Shown piece by piece: positions 1 to 8,681 of a stretch of DNA of 64,000 nt. A program made the translations under genes and the position numbers. Location of the stretch: contig JAWXUH010000005.1 in NCBI GenBank assembly GCA_044432745.1, positions 29,672 to 93,671 of the forward strand. Direction: 5' to 3'. The notes below the pieces were generated by a model that saw only the letters and a program-made list of their open reading frames with translations, was not told the origin of the DNA and searched no databases. Every line of letters starts with the position of its first letter. Position 1 is the stretch's first letter. The stretch comes from a bacterium (GTDB taxonomy: Bacteria > Bacillota_I > Bacilli_A > RF39 > UBA660).

Positions 1-132
1 TTTAGCTTCTCTATATTGTATATCTAAATCGTAAACTTTATCTACTAAATCAAGTTTTTCATCTTGAAATTTTTTTTTAATATTTTCTTTTACTAATTCT
101 TTATTATTTCTTATTAAATTAATATCTATCAT
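1..132 (-). CDS. serS: Seryl-tRNA synthetase, N-terminal part (truncated by window edge)
   Basis: Manual translation from ATG at 132: MIDINLIRNNKELVKENIKKKFQDEKLDLVDKVYDLD..., typical SerRS N-terminus. GGTG SD-like sequence upstream. Confidence 0.8.
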   Translation of the reverse strand, partial: MIDINLIRNNKELVKENIKKKFQDEKLDLVDKVYDLDIQYREAK

Positions 133-241
133 TTTCTTCACCTGCAATTAGTATAGCAAATATAACAAATAAAGTAAATTGTATTATATATAATTTTTTT
201 AATTGTTTTTTTATTTTTAATAAAAAAAAAGAAAGATATTT

Positions 242-1699
242 TTATCTTACTTTTTTATATTCTTCTACAGTTTTTATACATACATATTCACTTGTATCTT
301 CTTGATATGTATAGTTTTCTATTTCTCCTGTTTCATATATATAATGACTTGCTACTATTTCTCCAGCTTCATTTATATTTTTGTATACACCCTCTGAACC
401 TAGATAATAACTCATAACTTTAGCCATATATGTTCCTGTTCCATATGTATTAAATTTACTTATATAATTTACTGTTGCTGAATTATTAACTAATGTTTCC
501 TCTGGTAAGGTTAACATATATTGTTTAGGATTTTTCGACATAGCACTAAATTCTTCAGCAAATTCATTTATTGGTACTTCTGATAATACTTCATCTCTTG
601 TCATATTTTTTTCAACCATAAATTTTGAAATAACTAGGTTTGGCATACCACTTCCTCCATTATATCCTTGAAGTGCAACTAATACGTTACCATTATATTC
701 ATTTATAGTTTCTTGAAGTCTCATTACACCCATTTGGATATTAGTTTCTACGTTACGCGCTGTTGTTTGTGTAACATACATAGTATCATAAGAGTTTGTT
801 TGAAAATTATATGCATTCAATTCTCTTCCACTTGGTGATTCATGTTGCATTATCCCCCAAGCATATCCATTATGATATTTCCCACCAGGAAGAGTGTCTG
901 AATGAAGTAATGATGATTCACCCATCGCTACTCCTAAAACTATATACGGATCAATTCCGTACATTTCTGAATATTTTATAATTAAATTACCTTGTTCAGT
1001 ATTTAAAAATTTTCTTATGTATGACTCAGTATATTCATTCAATCTACTACCTATTTGAATATCACCTTCCATCATTGCATTTGATACTTCTCTGTCATCT
1101 TTATTATTAATTGTATCCATTTTTTCAAAGACAACTTTTTCTTCCGTACTTTCAATACTTACTCCATATAAATTAAATTGAGTTTCAGCTTCTGGATTAA
1201 AAAGTCTTCTTTCATGTCTTATAGTTTCTGCTACTTCTTGTTTTGTTATTTCTTCTTGAACCTTTTCTATTGTTTCTTCTGGATTATAATTTTCTTTTGT
1301 TTCTTCATAATTTACTAAATTACTTTTTATTACATCTTCTGAATATGACATTGCTGGCATAATATCTTCAACTTCGTATTTATCTACATCTTTTTTGAAT
1401 CCTGATAATAATACTACTGACGCTAGAACTACTGATGCTCCTCTTTTTACTATGGGTTTATTCATTTTATTAAAAACTTCTTTAAAATTCAATTTTTTTG
1501 TTTTTTTCTTCTTAGCTGTTAAACTTCTATTAAAATTGTTTATAATACCTTGAACTGTTCCGTTATGAGACCACTTATTATAATTTTCATCTATTTTAAC
1601 AATTATATTTTTGAATTCATAATTAATCATTCCATTTTCTTTTGTCATCCAAATTAATTTTTCTTTTTCAAATATTTGTTTTAAATCTTCTCCAATCAT
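242..1699 (-). CDS. Lytic transglycosylase (SLT) domain protein with long N-terminal region
   Basis: SLT motifs YGIDP..VAMGESS, AWGIMQ, NIQMG, ALQGYNGG. Hydrophobic stretch near aa 88-100. Confidence 0.75.
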   Translation of the reverse strand: MIGEDLKQIFEKEKLIWMTKENGMINYEFKNIIVKIDENYNKWSHNGTVQGIINNFNRSLTAKKKKTKKLNFKEVFNKMNKPIVKRGASVVLASVVLLSGFKKDVDKYEVEDIMPAMSYSEDVIKSNLVNYEETKENYNPEETIEKVQEEITKQEVAETIRHERRLFNPEAETQFNLYGVSIESTEEKVVFEKMDTINNKDDREVSNAMMEGDIQIGSRLNEYTESYIRKFLNTEQGNLIIKYSEMYGIDPYIVLGVAMGESSLLHSDTLPGGKYHNGYAWGIMQHESPSGRELNAYNFQTNSYDTMYVTQTTARNVETNIQMGVMRLQETINEYNGNVLVALQGYNGGSGMPNLVISKFMVEKNMTRDEVLSEVPINEFAEEFSAMSKNPKQYMLTLPEETLVNNSATVNYISKFNTYGTGTYMAKVMSYYLGSEGVYKNINEAGEIVASHYIYETGEIENYTYQEDTSEYVCIKTVEEYKKVR

Positions 1700-1877
1700 C
1701 TCTTGATCAAAGGTTTTTATTTCACTTATGTTTGGAACTTTTCTTCTTTTATCAATATAAAATAATTTATTGTTTCTTTCTAAAATTTCTATTTGTTTTT
1801 TCAGTTTATAACCCCCCAGTCATATTTAAATTATAACACATTAGTTACAAAAAAGCAACTTTTTTGTTACTTTTTCA

Positions 1878-3053
1878 TTAATTTGTTGCAGAATAATAAT
1901 CTGTATAATATTTAGATATTACATCCCTGTCTTGATATTTCTTATTAATTTTTATTCTAACTAGAGGTATATCTAACTCTTTTGCTTCTAAATCTGATTC
2001 ATTATCTATTTCATCTCGAACTAATATATAAGATGGATTTAATTTGTTACCATTTTTATCATTACCTAATATTACTATTTCATTATAATGATTATTAAGT
2101 TTTGTCCTATAACTTAATTCATCTACAGTTATTAACATATTATTACCAACACTCATACTATATATTTTTTCTTCAGATTTTAACTCATTTGTGTAAGCAT
2201 CATACGGATAAATGAACAAGATTTTGTAATCCTGTATATTGCTGTAACCGTAGATACATCTCTTAATTTCTCCTGGGAAACAATGAGCATTATCAGGATT
2301 TATCAAACTACAATTCATTGCAAATCTATTTTTTGTCTTATCGTACATCCCATTATGACAATCATATACATCTAATCTACGAATTAAAAAGTTTTTTTCT
2401 GATGTATTAACTTGTCTGTAATTACCACTGATATTAAATATATTTTTACAAAAATTTTCATTCATATATTGTATACACAATTCATGTATTTCTAATAATG
2501 TTTTTTCATCTAATAAAATTAATTGTTCATACGTGTATTTTTTTCTTTTTCCTAATGAAGAGCTCAATATCTCTTCTATTATTATATTGTCATTTTTGTT
2601 ACCATATTTTTTTCCTTTTAATATCATTAATCCATCTATTGGTAATTCATTTTCTTTTTCTTTTAATTCATACATTGATATATCAAATAAACTTTTTTTA
2701 AATAAATAAAATATACTACTCAATATTTCTTTTTCTTCTATACTCAATTTATTTAAATATTTACTACTAAAGTTATTATATAATTCGTACTCTTCTGCAT
2801 TTATAAAAAAATTAATTTTTTTAATTTTTTCTAATTTTTCATTTTCATTTATTTCGTACATATTTATAACAAGATCAATTATATTTTTAAAATTTCTTTC
2901 ATCAATTATGGGTATTTTAATATAAATTTTAAATTCTTCTGTTAAAACTTTGTATATGTTTTTTTCTGTTACTTCACTATTTAAAAATATTTCTAAGTTT
3001 TTTTTCAATTTTTTATATTCGTTTTTTAGTAAATCTGACGCCAAATAATTCAT
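1878..3053 (-). CDS. Hypothetical protein, possible ADP-ribosyltransferase-like C-terminal domain
   Basis: 391-aa ORF with SD (GAGGG). C-half has FLIRR, MNCSLI and YNEIVI motifs. Fold call is inference. Confidence 0.45.
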   Translation of the reverse strand: MNYLASDLLKNEYKKLKKNLEIFLNSEVTEKNIYKVLTEEFKIYIKIPIIDERNFKNIIDLVINMYEINENEKLEKIKKINFFINAEEYELYNNFSSKYLNKLSIEEKEILSSIFYLFKKSLFDISMYELKEKENELPIDGLMILKGKKYGNKNDNIIIEEILSSSLGKRKKYTYEQLILLDEKTLLEIHELCIQYMNENFCKNIFNISGNYRQVNTSEKNFLIRRLDVYDCHNGMYDKTKNRFAMNCSLINPDNAHCFPGEIKRCIYGYSNIQDYKILFIYPYDAYTNELKSEEKIYSMSVGNNMLITVDELSYRTKLNNHYNEIVILGNDKNGNKLNPSYILVRDEIDNESDLEAKELDIPLVRIKINKKYQDRDVISKYYTDYYSATN

Positions 3054-3163
3054 GTTATTTTCTACCCCTCTTTTTTGTAAAATATGATATCACAGTTAGT
3101 ATTTTTTATCAATTGTTATTAGTTATTTTTAAAAAAAAAAAAAACTATAATTAATATAATTTT

Positions 3164-3793
3164 TTATCTATTTTTTTCTTTATTTTCTTCGTAATAATCT
3201 TTAAAAAAATTTACAGCATCTGAAAAATCATCCTTTGCACTTAATAAATCGTCTTTAAATACATTATAAACTTGTGATTGTTCTTCTTCCGTCAATTTAT
3301 GTTCGTCATAAAATTCTTTTAATACTTCTGTTGCTTCATTAAAATCATCTTTTGCATATAACAAGTCATCTCTGAACATATTATAAACTTGAATTTGCTG
3401 CTCTTCTGTCAATTTGTGTTCTTCATAAAATTCTTTCAACACTTTTGATGCTTCAGTAAAATCAGCTTTTGCATATATTACATCATCTCTCAACTCTTCA
3501 TATATATATTTTAAATAATCTTCTGCTTCGGTTTCAGATTCTGTTTTTTCTATTTCTTCTTCTGGAACTTCAATTTCTAAAACTTCTTTTGGACTTTCTT
3601 TTTTTTCTATTACTATATTTTCTTCATTATTGGTATCTTTCATTTCTGGATTTTTATCAATATATATTGTTTCTGGATTTTCTACTACATAAATTATTTG
3701 AGGCTCTTTATCCGATAATTTATTAATTGTTAATATTAGCGTAGCGCCTGATAATACAATTAGTGCTCCATTTTTTAATTTATCTTTATTCAT
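3164..3793 (-). CDS. Membrane-anchored/secreted hypothetical protein with 39-aa repeats
   Basis: N-terminal hydrophobic segment, acidic linker, AAGGAG SD, about 2.7 C-terminal repeats. Confidence 0.7.
   Translation of the reverse strand: MNKDKLKNGALIVLSGATLILTINKLSDKEPQIIYVVENPETIYIDKNPEMKDTNNEENIVIEKKESPKEVLEIEVPEEEIEKTESETEAEDYLKYIYEELRDDVIYAKADFTEASKVLKEFYEEHKLTEEQQIQVYNMFRDDLLYAKDDFNEATEVLKEFYDEHKLTEEEQSQVYNVFKDDLLSAKDDFSDAVNFFKDYYEENKEKNR
3182..3490 (-). repeat. Intragenic 117-bp (39-aa) tandem repeat, about 2.7 copies
   Basis: RDDVIYAKADFTEASKVLKEFYEEHKLTEEQQIQVYNMF / RDDLLYAKDDFNEATEVLKEFYDEHKLTEEEQSQVYNVF / KDDLLSAKDDFSDAVNFFKDYYEE. Confidence 0.9.
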
Positions 3794-3831
3794 ATATACT
3801 CCTTTATTGTAAGAAAAAAGAGTAGTTAATA

Positions 3832-4704
3832 CTACCCAACTTGTTTCATTACTTCTTCAGCAAAATTTTCTTCTTTTTTCTCAATACCTTCGCCTACTTC
3901 TAAACGAACCATATCTATTAGTTCACAGTTATTATTTGATAAAAATTTAGTTATTGTTAACTTATCATCTTTAACAAATACTTGTTCTGATAAACAATTT
4001 TCTGTATAGAATTTTTTAATTCTACCATCAACCATTTTCTCTGCTATTTCAGGAGATTTTCCTTCTTCTATAGCTTGAGCTTTGATAATTTCTTTTTCAT
4101 TATCTAAAACATCTGCAGAAACATCTTTTGGAAATACAAATGTAGGTTTCATTGCAGCACTTTGCATTGAAACGTCTTTTGCAGCTTCTTCGTTTTCACC
4201 TTTAATTTTAGTTAAAACAGCTATTCTTCCACCCATATGAATATATGAACCGAATGTTTCTCCTTCAGTTTTTTCCATTATTACAAATCTTCTGAAAGAT
4301 AATTTTTCTCCAATAATTGCAGTTTTATTAATTATTAAATCTTTGATTGTTCCTTCATCACATTTAATTTCTAATGCTGATTCAACATCACTTGGTTTAT
4401 TTTCAAGTAATAATTTTCCAATTGTATCAATTAAAATTTTAAATTCTTCATTTTTACTTACGAAATCAGTTTCACTATTTATTTCAAGTATAACAGCGTT
4501 ATTACCTTCAATATAAACGTTAGCTAATCCTTCAGCAGCAATTCTAGATTCTTTTTTTAATGATTTAGAAATACCTTTTTCTCTTAAATAATTCATTGCT
4601 TCATCCATGTTACCATTAGTTTCAGTAAGTGCAGATTTACAATCCATCATTCCAGCTCCTGAAATTTCACGAAGCTCTTTTACCATACTTGCAGTTATTT
4701 GCAT
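3832..4704 (-). CDS. tsf: Translation elongation factor Ts
   Basis: VKELREISGAGMMDCK and EINSETDFVSKN motifs. Downstream of rpsB. Confidence 0.98.
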   Translation of the reverse strand: MQITASMVKELREISGAGMMDCKSALTETNGNMDEAMNYLREKGISKSLKKESRIAAEGLANVYIEGNNAVILEINSETDFVSKNEEFKILIDTIGKLLLENKPSDVESALEIKCDEGTIKDLIINKTAIIGEKLSFRRFVIMEKTEGETFGSYIHMGGRIAVLTKIKGENEEAAKDVSMQSAAMKPTFVFPKDVSADVLDNEKEIIKAQAIEEGKSPEIAEKMVDGRIKKFYTENCLSEQVFVKDDKLTITKFLSNNNCELIDMVRLEVGEGIEKKEENFAEEVMKQVG

Positions 4705-4715
4705 TGTTATTCTCC

Positions 4716-5555
4716 TTATTTTTCTTCTTTTTTATAATTTTTTTTAGCTGGTCTTTCTTTATATTCTCTATATTCTTTATCCCTAGCTGGTTTTTTATTT
4801 TCGTTTTTTTCTAATTCTATACTTTTTCCATCAAATTTAACTTCTTTATTTTCACTAGTATAATCTACTAATTCTAAATTTGTTGCTTCACATATAGCAT
4901 TACTTAATACTCCTAAAATTACTTTAATTGATTTTGGAGCTCCATCATTACCTGGTATTACATAATCAAGTAAGTCTGGATCAGCATTTGTATCTATCAT
5001 ACCGAATACTGGTATTTTAAGATTTCTTGCTTCCATTACTGCATTATATTCTTTTTTAGGATCTACAACTACAATTGCAGATGGTAATTTATACATTTCT
5101 CTAATTCCACCTAAAATGCTGTTAAGTTTATCATATTCTTTTTTGATTCCTATAACTTCTTTTTTAGGTAATTTTTCAAATGTACCATTTTTTTCCATAT
5201 TTTCTATTTCTTCAAGTCTTTTAACTCTTTTTCTTATTGTTCTAAAGTTAGTTAAAGTACCTCCAAGCCATCTTTGTGTTACATAGTAACTATTACTTCT
5301 AATAGCTTCTTCTACACAAACTTCGCTAGCTTGTTTTTTTGTTCCTACAAATAATATTTTACCACCATTTGCAGCGATTGTTTTAAGCTCATTATAAGCT
5401 TCTTCTAATAGAGTATTTGTTTTCTCAAGATCGATTATATAAATATCCTCTCTTGTCCCAAAAATGTACTCTTTCATTTTTGGATTCCATCTTTTAGTTT
5501 GATGTCCAAAGTGAACACCAGCCTCAAGTAAGTAGTTCATTGATACTACAGCCAT
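4716..5555 (-). CDS. rpsB: 30S ribosomal protein S2
   Basis: [19 protein letters not shown]. Start placed at MAVVSM, which is correctly spaced from AAGGAGG. Confidence 0.98.
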   Translation of the reverse strand: MAVVSMNYLLEAGVHFGHQTKRWNPKMKEYIFGTREDIYIIDLEKTNTLLEEAYNELKTIAANGGKILFVGTKKQASEVCVEEAIRSNSYYVTQRWLGGTLTNFRTIRKRVKRLEEIENMEKNGTFEKLPKKEVIGIKKEYDKLNSILGGIREMYKLPSAIVVVDPKKEYNAVMEARNLKIPVFGMIDTNADPDLLDYVIPGNDGAPKSIKVILGVLSNAICEATNLELVDYTSENKEVKFDGKSIELEKNENKKPARDKEYREYKERPAKKNYKKEEK

Positions 5556-5564
5556 AAATTTCAT

Positions 5565-5670
5565 CCTCCTTCGTTTATCACCTTAATGCTTCTCCTTATT
5601 CTTTCACACCTTTTTCGTGCACTCGAAAGTAATAATCCACATTAATGTTCATTTGCATTTACTGCCGCAT
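5565..5670 (-). promoter_or_regulatory. Probable rpsB-tsf 5' leader (S2 autoregulatory element)
   Basis: About 100-nt, relatively GC-richer UTR between a TG-TATAAT promoter (about 5673-5681) and the rpsB SD. S2 leaders are known at this position. Structure not verified. Confidence 0.5.
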
Positions 5671-5855
5671 GTATTATAACATAATGATATTATAGAATCA
5701 AGAAAATATTATATAATTAATATATTTATTTTAAAACAAATAATATTTATATCATTGATTTTAATATCAAATACATGTAAAATAATGTCGATTATATTTA
5801 ATTTAAAAATATTTTTTTATTTTTTATAGTATAATGTCTTAGAAAGAGGTGCAAA

Positions 5856-6848
5856 ATGTTAATACTTGCTAAAGCCGCAATGGCTATGATGCTTGGTTTT
5901 ATATTATCAATTATTTCTGGTTTGATATTAATTCCACTACTAAAAAAGAAAAAAATTGGACAATTTGTTAGTAGCTTAATAAATGTAAGACATCAAAAAA
6001 AATCTGGAACTCCTACAATGGGAGGAATCATATTTATAATACCAGTGTATATTACTATTTTATTACTTTTAATTAGAGGTAGTATACATTTTAGTTATAA
6101 TCTTGGAATAGTTTTATTCGTTTTTACTGCATATGCAGCTTTAGGATTCGTAGATGATTATTTAAAAGTTTATAAAAAAAATAATAAAGGAATTTCAACA
6201 GTTACTAAATTTTTAGTACAAATGTTTATTGCACTAGTCTTCTTTTATTTATATTTAAAAGGCGGTGGCGAAGCTACCATAACAATGTCATTATTTAATA
6301 TATCTTTAGAATTTAGTTATTTATTTGGAATGTTTATACTAGTCGTTCTTTTAGGAACTACAAACGCAGTAAATATTACTGATGGATTAGATGGTCTTGC
6401 TGGATCACTAAGTTTAATTGCCTTTTTATCTTATGGTATTATTGCTTGGAATTGCGGTTGGCTTGTTGGATATGAAGAAATTGCTATTTTCTGTTTTACT
6501 TTAGTTGGGTCATTAATGGGATTCTTAGTTTTCAATACACATCCTGCTAAAGTATTTATGGGTGATCTTGGATCACTTGCACTTGGTGGTGCTCTTGCAT
6601 CTATCGCTATAATTACTAAACACGAATTTTCACTTGTTTTAATTGGTGGTGTATTTGTTATTGAAACTTTATCAAGCTTAATTCAAATAATTGCAATTAG
6701 ACAATTTAAAACAAAAATATTTAAAAAAGCACCTATTCATCATCATTTCGAAGAAATTGGTTGGGAAGAAGGAGATATTTTAAGATTATTCCTTGTTATA
6801 GGATTAATGCTTTCTATGTTAGCTATTACTTATGGTGTTTGGCTTTAA
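5856..6848 (+). CDS. mraY: Phospho-N-acetylmuramoyl-pentapeptide transferase
   Basis: KSGTPTMGG, NAVNITDGLDGL, VFMGDLGS and APIHHHFE motifs. Confidence 0.97.
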   Translation: MLILAKAAMAMMLGFILSIISGLILIPLLKKKKIGQFVSSLINVRHQKKSGTPTMGGIIFIIPVYITILLLLIRGSIHFSYNLGIVLFVFTAYAALGFVDDYLKVYKKNNKGISTVTKFLVQMFIALVFFYLYLKGGGEATITMSLFNISLEFSYLFGMFILVVLLGTTNAVNITDGLDGLAGSLSLIAFLSYGIIAWNCGWLVGYEEIAIFCFTLVGSLMGFLVFNTHPAKVFMGDLGSLALGGALASIAIITKHEFSLVLIGGVFVIETLSSLIQIIAIRQFKTKIFKKAPIHHHFEEIGWEEGDILRLFLVIGLMLSMLAITYGVWL

Positions 6849-6901
6849 GAGAAATTATATTCTCTTTTTTTATGTAAAAAAAAAAAGACATAATGTCTTT
6901 T

Positions 6902-7261
6902 TTATATCCAACAAGAAATGTATATAACTCTCGTTGTATAAACATGATAATTCATAAAAAAATCTATCACTTTATCTATAAATATTTTCAAAGCATCTTT
7001 TACTTCTTCTGTTTTTATTTTTAAATTTTTAATACAATTTTGTAAATCTTTTCTGAACAAATAATCTGCAATATATCTTTTCATAGCCTTATCTAAATTT
7101 ACTATATTATTTATATTTTCAGCTGTCGCTTCTCTAGGAGTAAAAATATATTCACGATATAAATTAATCATTTTAGGCGTAATAGCATCTTCAATTAAAG
7201 GTTCAAAATTAATTATTTCATAAAAGTTTTCACACAATTTTATTATTTCTCTATTATTCAT
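6902..7261 (-). CDS. Hypothetical protein
   Basis: 119-aa ORF, no recognised motif. Confidence 0.6.
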   Translation of the reverse strand: MNNREIIKLCENFYEIINFEPLIEDAITPKMINLYREYIFTPREATAENINNIVNLDKAMKRYIADYLFRKDLQNCIKNLKIKTEEVKDALKIFIDKVIDFFMNYHVYTTRVIYISCWI

Positions 7262-7368
7262 AAAATTTCCTACCCTACTTATATTTATAATAATATAAAG
7301 TTAAGGATTTGTCAAAACTTTTTTTAGATTTTTCATAATATTTTTTATTTCTTATATACTTTATTAAT

Positions 7369-7839
7369 ATGAATAAAAATAAAATAAAAACAAACTATTA
7401 TTATGCTTCATTATTACTTGATGATTATGCTGGCGTTATTTCTGAGGATAGTGCTTCTCACTTATATATTTTTCAACATATAATTTTAAAAAATACAAAT
7501 AAAAAATTGTCGGATTGTCTACTACGAATTTCAATTAAAGAAATGCAACACCTTAGTATACTTGGTGATCTTATTATTCAGTTAGGAGGGATTCCATTTT
7601 TTAAAACATACTCACATATTAATAAAAAAATTATTCCTTGGAATGCAGATTTTATAAATTATGAACTAGATGAAATAAAAATTTTAGAACTTAATATAGA
7701 AAGTGAAAAAAATGCTATATTACAATACAAAAAACACATAAGTCTTATACATGATGTACATATAAAAGAAACATTAGAAAAAATTATTTTAGATGAAGAA
7801 GAACATATTAAAATATTTGAAAGTTTTTTATTAAAATAA
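7369..7839 (+). CDS. Ferritin-like di-metal four-helix protein (Mn-catalase/CotJC/rubrerythrin-like)
   Basis: SE..A...Y, EMQH, E..A...Y and DEEEH carboxylate/His ligand pattern. Confidence 0.75.
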   Translation: MNKNKIKTNYYYASLLLDDYAGVISEDSASHLYIFQHIILKNTNKKLSDCLLRISIKEMQHLSILGDLIIQLGGIPFFKTYSHINKKIIPWNADFINYELDEIKILELNIESEKNAILQYKKHISLIHDVHIKETLEKIILDEEEHIKIFESFLLK

Positions 7840-7860
7840 GCAATTAAAAAAAGAAAATAT

Positions 7861-8679
7861 TTATTGTATTTTCTTTTTATTTCTTTGACAATTTAAGCAA
7901 TAATATGTACTTCTTCCATCTATTTTTTCTTTAATTATTTCACTTCCACAATCTTTACAATTGCTTTGAAGATGTACTTTTAAAAAAGTTTGATAATTAC
8001 CTGTTACTCCTAACGAAGAAGTATAACTTTTTATAGTACACCCTCCTTCTTTTATTGATTTTTCTATTATATTTTGAGAACTAGTAATTATATTATTTAT
8101 TTCTTCTCTTGTTATTTCACTACCTTTTTTTAAAGGATCGATTTTAGATTCAAATAATACCTCGTTTGCATATATATTTCCAAGACCAGCTATTATACTT
8201 TGATCAAGTAATACAGTCTTTATACTCTTATTACTTTTTTTAAATTTTTCTATTAAATATTCTTCTGTCAAATCTTTAGGTTCTAAACCTATTTTTTTAA
8301 AATAATCATCATATTCTTCTTTGTCTATAATTCTCATTTTTCCAAATTTTCTTGTATCATTATATACTAAATTATTATCATTTTCAAAATTTATTATTAC
8401 GTGATCATGTTTAGTTTTTTCAACTTTATCTTCGTTATAATAAAATTTCCCTTCCATTCTTAAATGTGATATTAAATATTTATCTTCAAGTTCAAATATT
8501 AAATATTTTCCATTTCTTTTTATATCAATTATACTTTTATTTTTTATCGTCTCTTCAAAATATTTTATATCATTTTCTATTATATTATTGTGGTATATTT
8601 CACTTGATACTATTTTCTTATTTTTTATTTTTTTTAACAATACATTTCTTACTGTTTCTACTTCTGGTAACTCTGGCAT
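7861..8679 (-). CDS. mutM: Formamidopyrimidine-DNA glycosylase
   Basis: MPELPEVETV, HLRMEG, GLGNIYANE and a C-terminal zinc finger. Confidence 0.97.
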   Translation of the reverse strand: MPELPEVETVRNVLLKKIKNKKIVSSEIYHNNIIENDIKYFEETIKNKSIIDIKRNGKYLIFELEDKYLISHLRMEGKFYYNEDKVEKTKHDHVIINFENDNNLVYNDTRKFGKMRIIDKEEYDDYFKKIGLEPKDLTEEYLIEKFKKSNKSIKTVLLDQSIIAGLGNIYANEVLFESKIDPLKKGSEITREEINNIITSSQNIIEKSIKEGGCTIKSYTSSLGVTGNYQTFLKVHLQSNCKDCGSEIIKEKIDGRSTYYCLNCQRNKKKIQ

Positions 8680-8681
8680 AT

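Noticed and set aside
242-1699. SLT protein as a prophage tail or lysis gene
   Set aside because: No phage genes in the neighbourhood.
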